A DNA stretch of 64,000 bases from Candidatus Roizmanbacteria bacterium (GTDB lineage Bacteria > Patescibacteriota > Microgenomatia > UBA1406). The stretch lies in the NCBI GenBank assembly GCA_024654535.1, contig JANLHL010000038.1:105581-169580 (forward strand). Reading direction: 5' to 3'. Position numbers and translations under genes: made by a program. Below the pieces are notes generated by a model. The model was not told the origin of the DNA. It ran no database searches and saw nothing but the letters and a program-made list of their open reading frames with translations. This document shows, in pieces, positions 10,893 to 19,997 of the stretch. The first letter of the stretch is position 1. Each line of letters begins with the position of its first letter.

Positions 10893-10909
10893 CTTATTAT
10901 AATATCATC

Positions 10910-12634
10910 ATGAAGCGCTTTATTTGGGTAATTCCCATTGTGCTGGTAATTATACCATTACTGCGTCTACAGTACTTTCCGATGCACGATGCACAGCATA
11001 TTGCTCGGCTTTTTGTTTTCGATCAGGCACTTCGTCAAGGAGCGTTGTATCCTCGATGGGTGGAAGGATTAGGGTTTGGTTTTGGTTACCCACTGTTCAA
11101 TTTTTATCCCCCACTCATCTATTACGTAGCCGAAGTGTTTCACCTAATAGGTTTCGGGCTTGTGTGGTCTATGAAGATGATGTTAATAGTAGGGTTTACA
11201 CTATCTTTCTGGGGAGTATATGCCCTTGTTTATAAAAAGACGAAGGACGTATATTCGAGTATGTTAGGTGGTTTTATGTACCTTATGGCACCGTATCACG
11301 CTGTTTTGGTATACATACGTGGCGCGTTTGCAGAATTTTTTGCATATGCGATTATTCCTTGGGTATTTGTAGGCTTTGAAATGATTCAGGCAAATGGTGG
11401 AATAAGTTTATTTTCAGCTGCCTTTGCACTCTTGATTGTGAGCCATCCGTTAATTGCGTTTCCTTTTGTGCTCTTATTTATAGGTTATTTTATAGGTATA
11501 TTCGTGATTTCTCTTCAAAAGCGGGTATTGATTACAAAAACGGCTATCGGAAGCTTACTAGGGTTGGGTTTGTCCGCTTTTTTTTGGATGCCTTCCATGT
11601 TCGAACGTCATTTTACTTTAGTAGATAAAATCCTTACACATGGCTTAGCAGACTATAAAATGCACTTTCTCTATATACGTCAGTTGCTCTATTCGCCGTG
11701 GGGTTACGGTGGTTCAATTTACGGATTAGAAGACGGCATGTCTTTCCGTGTTGGTGAAGTACATATTATTCTTGCCATCATTGCAACTATCACATTGGTA
11801 TTTATATTTTTTCGTAAAAAAACACAGAGATTGGACATTTTGAAGATATATATATTTTTGGGCATGGGTTTGTTGAGTGCCTATCTCACTATATTTAAAT
11901 CTCAGTTTATTTGGGACTTTATCAGCTATCTTTGGTATTTGCAGTTTCCTTGGAGACTTTTAACGTTTGTAGTATATTTTTTGTCTGTCGGTGTCGCATT
12001 ATGGGTATATCTGTTGAAAAAAATGAATCGCATAATAATTGTTGTTATTGCAGCACTATTCATCTATGTACTCTATACTCCGCTATTTGAACCCGCATAC
12101 TATATAACAGGTCAAGATAACCACTATATATCGAAGAATCAATTGACCTGGGAGGTGAGTAAAACTTCATATGAATTTATGTACAAGGATATTAAACCGA
12201 AGCAGTCTGGACTATTCTTTTCATTTCCTTTAGAAAAAAGTCAATTACCTACGACACTCGTTAATGCAAAAAATAATGTTGACATAAGAATACTGACAGA
12301 TAAAGTCACTATGAAAGAAATATCAGTACGCACACAAAGCAAAACTACATTAACTTTAAATAGATCCTATTTCCCTGGGTGGAATGCCTATATAGACGGC
12401 GTTCCGGCAACGGTACTGCATAGCGATTCTGTACAGCGTATGTTTATCGATGTTCCGAAGGGTACTCACACTGTATTATTTAAATTCGAAACAACAACTA
12501 TTCGTAAAATATCTTGGTTAATCACATTCATATCTTTACTATTCTGGCTGTACTTTGTACAGATAGAGACCGTGTGGGCCAAAAGGTTTGGGATATTTTT
12601 TCACAAGAGAAATAGGCCAATCAGTGGGAAATGA
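10910..12634 (+). CDS. large polytopic membrane protein, COG5617/YfhO-like GT-C candidate
   Basis: ATG at 10910 (MKRFIWVIPIVL...); the track start at 10874 would overlap the divergent flippase. Motif QYFPMHDAQHIARLFVFDQALRQGALYPRW...GYPLFNFYPPL matches the '6-pyruvoyl-tetrahydropterin synthase-related' membrane protein family. Soluble beta-rich C-terminal domain. Confidence 0.6.
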   Translation: MKRFIWVIPIVLVIIPLLRLQYFPMHDAQHIARLFVFDQALRQGALYPRWVEGLGFGFGYPLFNFYPPLIYYVAEVFHLIGFGLVWSMKMMLIVGFTLSFWGVYALVYKKTKDVYSSMLGGFMYLMAPYHAVLVYIRGAFAEFFAYAIIPWVFVGFEMIQANGGISLFSAAFALLIVSHPLIAFPFVLLFIGYFIGIFVISLQKRVLITKTAIGSLLGLGLSAFFWMPSMFERHFTLVDKILTHGLADYKMHFLYIRQLLYSPWGYGGSIYGLEDGMSFRVGEVHIILAIIATITLVFIFFRKKTQRLDILKIYIFLGMGLLSAYLTIFKSQFIWDFISYLWYLQFPWRLLTFVVYFLSVGVALWVYLLKKMNRIIIVVIAALFIYVLYTPLFEPAYYITGQDNHYISKNQLTWEVSKTSYEFMYKDIKPKQSGLFFSFPLEKSQLPTTLVNAKNNVDIRILTDKVTMKEISVRTQSKTTLTLNRSYFPGWNAYIDGVPATVLHSDSVQRMFIDVPKGTHTVLFKFETTTIRKISWLITFISLLFWLYFVQIETVWAKRFGIFFHKRNRPISGK

Positions 12635-14041
12635 ATCCCGTTCAGCAAATACGAAATAGACAGGGTATTTCTTTGCAAGATCTTGTGCATATATAAAATC
12701 ATCGCTTTTTACTGGCCAGCGTGGTTCATAATGTATGGGTAGGGAAGTATAGGCCGTATATATATCAAACGCATATGGCAATAGCCCAAACGTACCTTCT
12801 GTAAAAACATAAATATCTTCCTTTGCGGACTGTTTTTTAAATCTTGCAACCATATCATTGATACCGTATCCAGCTGTGTACCCCTCTATATATTGTCCTC
12901 TATCTATTGGCGGGAAAGGTATCTTTGATGGTGAAAAAAGTATAGCCCAATTCATATAAGCTGTAGAAAGTAGAAATGCAATGATAATATATATTCCTAT
13001 TTTTTTTTGCCCAGCAAGATATATCAAGCCAGTAAAAAATGGAATAGTAAGAAATATAAGATAGCGAGGAAATATCACCATAGCAAGACAAGCAATTGTA
13101 AGAAAAGGAATGAAGAATGATGTAAATAATAACAAGACAAGCCCAGGCCTTTTCTTATACAAAAGCAACAATCCTACCATTCCAACAATCGGCCCAAGTA
13201 GCGCACTTTCTGAAAGAGCATACAGTGGTATGATGCGTAAGTTATGTAGTAGAGGATTAAGTGGATGAGAAAGAAACTGAGGAATACTTAAAATAAACGT
13301 TGTATTTTTTTGCTCTATAAACTGCATAAAGGGAGAAAGCCTTTGTATATTATACAGAACGAGTGACAACGCAATGACGATGGCCATTAATGTATAGTAG
13401 GTTAAAGCTCGTGTTTTGAAATCTTTTTTTTCGTACATAAAAAATGGCAACAAAAAGAGTAAGGGGAAAAAGACTCGTATTGTCGACTTACTCAACAGTG
13501 CCATACCTGCGATCAATCCGAACACAAGGGCGGTGTCAAGTCGTCTATATTTCCAAATAACTATACCACCAATCAAAAACCATATGAAAAACCCATTCAC
13601 CAATGCATCGACCAATGCCATTCGTTCGTAAAATAAAAAATAGGGATTGAATATGTAGAGTAAGGCACTTATATATGCATAGCGTTTCCCAAAAAGAAGT
13701 GCAATAAGTGTAAAAAATCCGGCAAATGAGAATATTCCCGATACGACACCGAACATACGTCCTGCGAAAAGAGGATCTTCAAATAGCTTCAGTAGAGGAA
13801 TGGTTGCCCAAGTCTGCAATGGTTGTCGCCCATCCGTGAGAGATACGAACCGCCAGCCGGCATCCTTCCATGCTAGTTTTGCCCAGTGTATATAAATAGC
13901 CTCGTCGGTAAAAATAGGCAATTTGGTGAGATTTATTACTCTGGTAGTAATAAATATACTAAGCAATAAAATACAGAATAGAACGTCTTGCTTCGATATG
14001 CGCTTTTTGATGCTAGAAATAATATCGAGAATATCAATCAT
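12539..14041 (-). CDS. PMT_2/ArnT-family membrane glycosyltransferase
   Basis: 500 aa. Motif LPIFTDEAIYIHWAKLAW...GRQPLQTW (acidic first loop) and about 11 TM helices. ATGA coupling to the upstream gene. Confidence 0.7.
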   Translation of the reverse strand: MIDILDIISSIKKRISKQDVLFCILLLSIFITTRVINLTKLPIFTDEAIYIHWAKLAWKDAGWRFVSLTDGRQPLQTWATIPLLKLFEDPLFAGRMFGVVSGIFSFAGFFTLIALLFGKRYAYISALLYIFNPYFLFYERMALVDALVNGFFIWFLIGGIVIWKYRRLDTALVFGLIAGMALLSKSTIRVFFPLLFLLPFFMYEKKDFKTRALTYYTLMAIVIALSLVLYNIQRLSPFMQFIEQKNTTFILSIPQFLSHPLNPLLHNLRIIPLYALSESALLGPIVGMVGLLLLYKKRPGLVLLLFTSFFIPFLTIACLAMVIFPRYLIFLTIPFFTGLIYLAGQKKIGIYIIIAFLLSTAYMNWAILFSPSKIPFPPIDRGQYIEGYTAGYGINDMVARFKKQSAKEDIYVFTEGTFGLLPYAFDIYTAYTSLPIHYEPRWPVKSDDFIYAQDLAKKYPVYFVFAERDSFPTDWPISLVKKYPKPFGPHGLYLYKVQPE

Positions 14042-15486
14042 GGATGTATCTTATACAAAGTGCTATCATCAAAAATGGACACTATGCTCGCATGTTTAAG
14101 AGAAGTTTTTACGTCATCGCCATGCATAAGGGCACAATCGTAGTTCTTATTCTGAGTTAAAAACATACTTTTATCATAGAAGAAATGGATCGGTTTTGCA
14201 AAGTAATATACCATACTCGGATGGTCGCCCCACCAATCTGATGTAGTTATAGTAAGGTTCATAGCATGGAGGGTATCATAGGTGGTGCGTGTTTGAGTGT
14301 CTACTAAGACGGCCAGCGTATTGCATGAACCGCGAGCATAGAGTGCTGCATAGATATGAGGAGCTGAGGTTGAATAATACGTATTCATCAGATCTTTTTT
14401 TACAAAACTAATGTATATGATTATGACAAAACATAGTACAACGGCCATTCGTAATATTTTCGGAAATTTCTTGAGCAAAATAAGTGGATAGAATGACAAA
14501 AACATAAATTGTGGAATAACAGGGTAGAGGTACCATGCGATTTTTGTTTTTGTAAGATTCAAAAAAATAAACCAAGGTATAAACACCGTTGCAAAAAACA
14601 TTTTTTTATCGTCGATAATCCCTTTGTACCATTGGTATGCCAATATTCCAACACCCAATAGTGCGCTTATCTTTAACCATCCTAATTGTTCGATGAGTAG
14701 GTCTAGATAAAAGGTACGTTGTCCAAAGTGTGATTCTATGGACGAGCTTACTCTCTTGAAATGACTTTCTATTATGTGAGCTGTCCAAAACTGGTTGCCA
14801 TAGATTATAAACATAGCTATATACCACAACGAAAGTATGGCGAATTGTATAAGTACTATACGAATAAGTAAAATGAATTCTTTTTTTGTTATTTTTTTTC
14901 TAAAAAGTTCAAACAGGACGAATAGGCCCTGCATAACGAGTGGATAAAATCCGAGCAATGATTTACTTTGTATAGATAAAAAAAGAAACGGCGTGCTAAT
15001 AAGTAGATTTTTTTGAAATACAAAGTACCCAATCCATCCAATAAGTAGAAATACATCTAAACTTACCACTTGTGAACGTTGAAGAAAGATAGGTGCTAAT
15101 GCGGTTCCTACTACTGCGAGAGTTGCAACGGATGCATATTTAGTAATACGATAGTAGAAGACATAAAATAACGTGAGTATGGAAGAAGAGATACTCAAAG
15201 CCAACATTCGAGTCGTAACTTCTGCAGGAAAAGGTAAATATGTTACTAATCCGTAAAAAAGAGATGATAGTGGCGGCTTGTCAAACCATATATGTCCCTG
15301 CCACAGAGGAAATAGAAAATAATTATTACGTAGCATTTCAATACCTCCTTGCACATAGAGAGGCTCGTCCCAGTCAAAAAATGGGGTAGGATTGGCTATA
15401 AGTTTATAAGAGAGTGTGCTTAGATAAAAAGCAATAAAGCATATAAAAAGAGCATGTTTACGAAACATTACGCGTATATTTTTCAC
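14038..15486 (-). CDS. PMT_2/ArnT-family membrane glycosyltransferase
   Basis: 482 aa. Motifs FFDWDEPLYVQGG and WFDKPPLSSLFYG are canonical for the family. The track start at 15486 is GTG (GTGA overlap); Met7 is an alternative. Confidence 0.72.
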   Translation of the reverse strand: MKNIRVMFRKHALFICFIAFYLSTLSYKLIANPTPFFDWDEPLYVQGGIEMLRNNYFLFPLWQGHIWFDKPPLSSLFYGLVTYLPFPAEVTTRMLALSISSSILTLFYVFYYRITKYASVATLAVVGTALAPIFLQRSQVVSLDVFLLIGWIGYFVFQKNLLISTPFLFLSIQSKSLLGFYPLVMQGLFVLFELFRKKITKKEFILLIRIVLIQFAILSLWYIAMFIIYGNQFWTAHIIESHFKRVSSSIESHFGQRTFYLDLLIEQLGWLKISALLGVGILAYQWYKGIIDDKKMFFATVFIPWFIFLNLTKTKIAWYLYPVIPQFMFLSFYPLILLKKFPKILRMAVVLCFVIIIYISFVKKDLMNTYYSTSAPHIYAALYARGSCNTLAVLVDTQTRTTYDTLHAMNLTITTSDWWGDHPSMVYYFAKPIHFFYDKSMFLTQNKNYDCALMHGDDVKTSLKHASIVSIFDDSTLYKIHP

Positions 15487-16241
15487 GAATATTTTCCTCT
15501 TATATAATTCAGCTTCACACGAAAAAGATCTCTGATAGCTTCAAATGAATCGGTAAGGAAGTTGACATTTTTTGTTTCTACATGACGCCAGATTACAGGC
15601 ACTTCTTGAATTTTGTACCCGAGTTTATGAGCAACAAATAAAAATTCCAAATCAAATCCTGCGCTTACAGATGAACGATCTAGTTCTAACTCTTTTTTAT
15701 ACACTTTTAAGTGAGAAATAGTATCAAGCGCCGCTTTCTTCTTAAATGCTTTGAATCCACACTGAGTGTCACGAATAGTTGGTAAACCAATAAGATAACT
15801 TCGGAATAAAATAAAACCATATGCCATAAATTTCCGTATCAGTGGTGCTCCCTGACGTTCTTTTGTTCGTGATCCTATGACAATATCACATCCATTTACA
15901 ATTTCGTCTATTAATTTTTGTGCTTCTTCAATGGGAGTTGCTAAATCTATATCAGAAAAAAGTACTATATTTCCCTTAGCATGTTTTATTCCAGCAATGA
16001 CGCTAAAAGCTTTTCCAGAGTGTTTTTTTTCAAGTACATGTAGTTTGGGATATTTACCTATATATTCTTTTTTTAAAATTGACAGACTTTCATCTGTTGA
16101 ACCATCATCAACGATGAGTACTTCGATAACATTTTTTTGACTACGTGCATAGTTGAGGACTTTGTCTAAAACGCCTTTTTGAAGATTTTTTACCTCATTA
16201 TATATTGGAAATATAATGCTTATATGAATAAGATCTGCCAT
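15483..16241 (-). CDS. GT2, dolichyl/polyprenyl-phosphate beta-glucosyltransferase-like (Alg5/DPG-synthase-like)
   Basis: 252 aa. Motifs ISIIFPIYNEVKNL, IVDDGSTDES, FSDIDLATPIEE and TQCGFKAF. Confidence 0.8.
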   Translation of the reverse strand: MADLIHISIIFPIYNEVKNLQKGVLDKVLNYARSQKNVIEVLIVDDGSTDESLSILKKEYIGKYPKLHVLEKKHSGKAFSVIAGIKHAKGNIVLFSDIDLATPIEEAQKLIDEIVNGCDIVIGSRTKERQGAPLIRKFMAYGFILFRSYLIGLPTIRDTQCGFKAFKKKAALDTISHLKVYKKELELDRSSVSAGFDLEFLFVAHKLGYKIQEVPVIWRHVETKNVNFLTDSFEAIRDLFRVKLNYIRGKYS

Positions 16242-17731
16242 TATTGGTGTATTGTAACACGTTTATGAACGAGTTTATATATAGTTATATTCTGTACAGT
16301 AAACACTTCTTGAACGTGTTTATCCTTAAATGATGCTATCACCCATTGAGCATCATCTACCGCTCTGCAAGGTTCAAAACAGAGCACAAATAATTCTGAG
16401 GGCTGTTCCAACGAGCGCTCATCAAGCTGTTTAAATGCTACTTCATGAGTAAGAAAATAACGGTATTGTTCATCTGCCTCTGTAAATGGAATAGTGGCAA
16501 GCTGGTATGGACCTTTGTCTATATGTGGAGCAATATCACGGGCTATATCTTGTGCATGTTTTATCTGATTGCTCCCCGTGTTGAATAGGAAATTGAAACG
16601 AATTGCATTAATAAGTACAAATGCAGCTATGGCAATAACACCGCCAACCTTGCAAGGCATGCACTTCGTGTTGAAAAATGGATAGAGTAATACTAAGTAA
16701 AAACTTAAAATTATGGAACCGTAATAATGCGGGAATTTTTCTACTTTAACCAATGTAAATAAGAGGATATACAGCATGACAATACATAGATGCATAAGAA
16801 TAAATCTATTTTTCTCTCTAATAGATCGATTTATAGACTGATATAGAATATAGGCAATGGTAGGCAATACCACTGGATTGTAGTTATTAGTAAAAGGCAG
16901 TGCTATATAGAATAGTTTGTACGTTGTTTGCCAAAAAGATGAGAGTGTAATGCTAATTTTTGTTGCAGAATTAGAATGGAACAAGCTTATAAGGCTGTGC
17001 GTGTTTATAAAATTGTGCCGAAGGTCAAAAATAATGAGTGGAGCTGTCGCAAGGGTGAATCCGACAATTGCAACTAATATGAGTGTCAATATTTTTTTAT
17101 CCTTTGTACGTAATAAGGAAATAAATACACCCAAGACTAGTCCGACAGCAGTAAGGAGTACTAATGGATGTAGTTGCAACGAGAATCCAAAAAGTAGTCC
17201 TGTCAGAAACGCTGCTGCGTAATTTCTTTTAACAATCATTTCATAATAGAAATAGAATGTTGCAAAAGCAAAATAAGGTAATAGATTGGGGTTCCACGCA
17301 AACTTTGCCGCATCGGTGAGAAACGATGAAATGGCAAGCGCAAGCATGCACAGTGAAGCTGTAGTCTTGTTCGTATAACGCTGAGTCATTAATCCTACAA
17401 TAGCGAGCCCTATGAGTGAATAAAGAGCAGTCCCTATAGCTGGTCCTAGTGGGTTAAAGTTTGCTATAAGTAAGAATGGTGCAATGAGATAATAAAAAAA
17501 AGGTCCCATGTATATAAGGCCAACAGAGGTAGGAGGACCGATGGCAGGAAAATGCTTTAAGGTCACTATATCCTGCATTATGAGAGCATCTCTCCCTTGG
17601 TCGCCGAGAAATGTTGCAAAACTTGAGATATTATAGAAGCGCAAAAAAGCTGCGATAGCGATAATTATTAGCCATCTTGCATCAAACTGTTTATAAACCT
17701 TTGTTACAATAGATGATATGTGGAAACGCAT
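16241..17731 (-). CDS. GT-C-type polytopic membrane glycosyltransferase (ArnT/COG1807-like)
   Basis: 496 aa. Motif FLGDQGRDALIMQDIV...AIGPPTSVGLIYMGPFFYY is paralogous to 565-1941 and 1938-3428. C-terminal soluble domain. Confidence 0.7.
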   Translation of the reverse strand: MRFHISSIVTKVYKQFDARWLIIIAIAAFLRFYNISSFATFLGDQGRDALIMQDIVTLKHFPAIGPPTSVGLIYMGPFFYYLIAPFLLIANFNPLGPAIGTALYSLIGLAIVGLMTQRYTNKTTASLCMLALAISSFLTDAAKFAWNPNLLPYFAFATFYFYYEMIVKRNYAAAFLTGLLFGFSLQLHPLVLLTAVGLVLGVFISLLRTKDKKILTLILVAIVGFTLATAPLIIFDLRHNFINTHSLISLFHSNSATKISITLSSFWQTTYKLFYIALPFTNNYNPVVLPTIAYILYQSINRSIREKNRFILMHLCIVMLYILLFTLVKVEKFPHYYGSIILSFYLVLLYPFFNTKCMPCKVGGVIAIAAFVLINAIRFNFLFNTGSNQIKHAQDIARDIAPHIDKGPYQLATIPFTEADEQYRYFLTHEVAFKQLDERSLEQPSELFVLCFEPCRAVDDAQWVIASFKDKHVQEVFTVQNITIYKLVHKRVTIHQ

Positions 17732-18854
17732 ACAGCCTTATTGTAGTATAACTTTCGTTGTTTTGTTAAGCACATTTATTTTGTGGGCACCTTTTTTGTT
17801 CAAATGGAATAGTGCTGGGTATGTATACGTGCCCAAGGGCTTGTCTATGCTTGACTTATACAAGCATTGGGATGGCCCTCTCTATATTGTTGTTGCAAAG
17901 ACATTCTACAATACATCCTCTACAATCTTGAAAGGGTCATTCTTGGGTCTCTCTCCTGGGTATTTTGCTGCTCATCTACCGCTCTATCCATTATTCATTC
18001 GTTCAACAGCATGGTTAGTAGGATATTTGCCATCAATGCTTCTATGGCCAGTTATTGGGGCGGTAGCATACACTAATTTTTTCTATTTCTTTGTAAGAAA
18101 ATATACACTATCGAGTAGACCACTTATTTTAACTATTGTTGCGGCGTTTATAACTCCACGTTTTTTTGTTGTGCGATCAATTGGTGCTCCAGAGACTTTG
18201 TTTTTATTTTTTATGTTAGTATCTGTGCATTTTTTTATTCAAAAGAAGTATTTATATGCTGGCGTTGCGGGTGGTTTGACTATATTAACAAAAAGTCCAG
18301 CGATTTTGTTGTTTGGTGCTTACGGACTATGGATTATTGCAGAGTATATCCGTACCAAAAAGATACATAGTACATGGATAAGTTTGTTACTCATTCCACT
18401 TTCACTAGTCGGATTGTTTGGATGGTTTGCATATAGTTCGGGTGATTTTTTTGCCTACTTTCACAGTGGAGATAATATCCATTTATTTTTCCCTCCTTTT
18501 CAAGTATTTGACGTAAATGCACGGTGGGTTGGAACTGGTTGGTTGGAGGATATCCTATTTATATATATGTTTTATTTATCGACACTGTTTTCTTTGTACT
18601 CCATTAAAAAGTTAAGAGCAGTGTTTTACTTTGCCTTGTTATTTTATATAGCAATTATTTCTGTGCAGCATAGAGATATCGCTCGATATAGTTTACCGCT
18701 ATTGCCTTTTGGTTTAATAGCTCATGAGCAATTCTTCACTTCAAAAAAATTTATGATTGCGATGGTCATTCTTTTGCCAGCGCTGTATATGTATGCGTGG
18801 AACTTTATTTTATTTAATCAAGCTCCTATTACGGATTGGGCAGTATTGCGGTAA
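17718..18854 (+). CDS. polytopic membrane protein, PIG-V/GT-C-like mannosyltransferase candidate
   Basis: 378 aa with about 9-10 TM helices. First-loop motif YKHWDGPLYIVVAKTFY resembles the WDxxxY...IA..GY loop of PIG-V-like/DUF2029-like transferases. Tentative. Confidence 0.5.
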   Translation: MWKRIQPYCSITFVVLLSTFILWAPFLFKWNSAGYVYVPKGLSMLDLYKHWDGPLYIVVAKTFYNTSSTILKGSFLGLSPGYFAAHLPLYPLFIRSTAWLVGYLPSMLLWPVIGAVAYTNFFYFFVRKYTLSSRPLILTIVAAFITPRFFVVRSIGAPETLFLFFMLVSVHFFIQKKYLYAGVAGGLTILTKSPAILLFGAYGLWIIAEYIRTKKIHSTWISLLLIPLSLVGLFGWFAYSSGDFFAYFHSGDNIHLFFPPFQVFDVNARWVGTGWLEDILFIYMFYLSTLFSLYSIKKLRAVFYFALLFYIAIISVQHRDIARYSLPLLPFGLIAHEQFFTSKKFMIAMVILLPALYMYAWNFILFNQAPITDWAVLR

Positions 18855-19997
18855 TTAGCTGTTGCTTTTTTTCCAGACAACTTTATTATAGAGAAGGTAA
18901 GAGTAAGGGATGATTATAAACGCAATAATGAATATTTTATAGACGATCCAGGATTGAATAGAAATGATTCCTATGTTCAATTGACGATCACCCAGTAATT
19001 TTAGTAATAAGCCAAGTCCACCTCCCTGAATAAGTATGGAACCTGATGCTATGAGATTAAATACGAAAAATTGTTTCAAAAATGAAAGCGTTGTACCCTT
19101 GATACGTTTGTGACTAAAGCTCCATAAATTGTTCCAAGTGAAATTTGAAATAATTGCAATCTCTGCACTGATCATATTTGCAATGACTTTTGAAACCACA
19201 TGGAATGAAATAAAGAGGTAAGCAATCATAAAATCAATACTAAAGCCAACAATACCAACAAGCATATAGCGAATAAAGCTTGAATGAGTAAGTACATAAT
19301 GGATAATGTGCCAAACATATTGAGGTGCATTTATTTTTGATTCACCTTGATTCCTATCTGTGAAATGTACGGGTATTTCGCTTATTCGTGCTCCTAGTTT
19401 TAGTGTTTTGTCGAGGAAAGCTATTTGGAAAACATAGCCATTGTATAAACCCATAGAGGGCAAATTTTTTTCCACAACCCAACTTCGAATTGCTCTATAG
19501 CCATTAGTCCACTCTTTTTGTGACAGGTGCATAAATCCGATACGGACAAAGAGATTGCTCATAATAGAAAAAATCTTACGATACCATGCCCAGTTTTGAG
19601 GTATAGATCCCCCTTTCATATAGCGCGATCCAATAACCATGTCGCTTCCATTATCTATTGCCTGTAAAAATATAGGTATCTTTTTAGGATCATGTGACCA
19701 GTCGGCATCCATTTCAAATAATACGTCGGGTGAAAATTCCTTTAATGCGTAGGCAAATCCTCGTTGATAGGCTTTACCCAATCCTTCCTTCTTTCCAGAA
19801 ATAAGAAAGAGCTGAGGAAATTTTTTTTGCATCACAGCAACCGCACCGGCAGTTTTGTCAGGTGAATTATCGTCAACAACGAGCACTGATAGATGCCAGT
19901 TTTTTAAAAGTTTTTGTATAGAAAATAAGGCAGGAACCAATGTTAATATATTTTCTCTTTCGTTGTATGTAGGAAGGACAATGACTGCTTTTTTCAT
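18855..19997 (-). CDS. polyprenol-phosphate sugar synthase (DPM1-like GT2) fused to a C-terminal GtrA-like 4-TM domain
   Basis: N-terminal motifs VLPTYNERENI, VVDDNSPDKT and EMDADWSHDP. The C-terminal region FIRYMLVGIVGFSIDF...ISNFTWNNLWSF is the GtrA signature. Confidence 0.85.
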   Translation of the reverse strand: MKKAVIVLPTYNERENILTLVPALFSIQKLLKNWHLSVLVVDDNSPDKTAGAVAVMQKKFPQLFLISGKKEGLGKAYQRGFAYALKEFSPDVLFEMDADWSHDPKKIPIFLQAIDNGSDMVIGSRYMKGGSIPQNWAWYRKIFSIMSNLFVRIGFMHLSQKEWTNGYRAIRSWVVEKNLPSMGLYNGYVFQIAFLDKTLKLGARISEIPVHFTDRNQGESKINAPQYVWHIIHYVLTHSSFIRYMLVGIVGFSIDFMIAYLFISFHVVSKVIANMISAEIAIISNFTWNNLWSFSHKRIKGTTLSFLKQFFVFNLIASGSILIQGGGLGLLLKLLGDRQLNIGIISIQSWIVYKIFIIAFIIIPYSYLLYNKVVWKKSNS

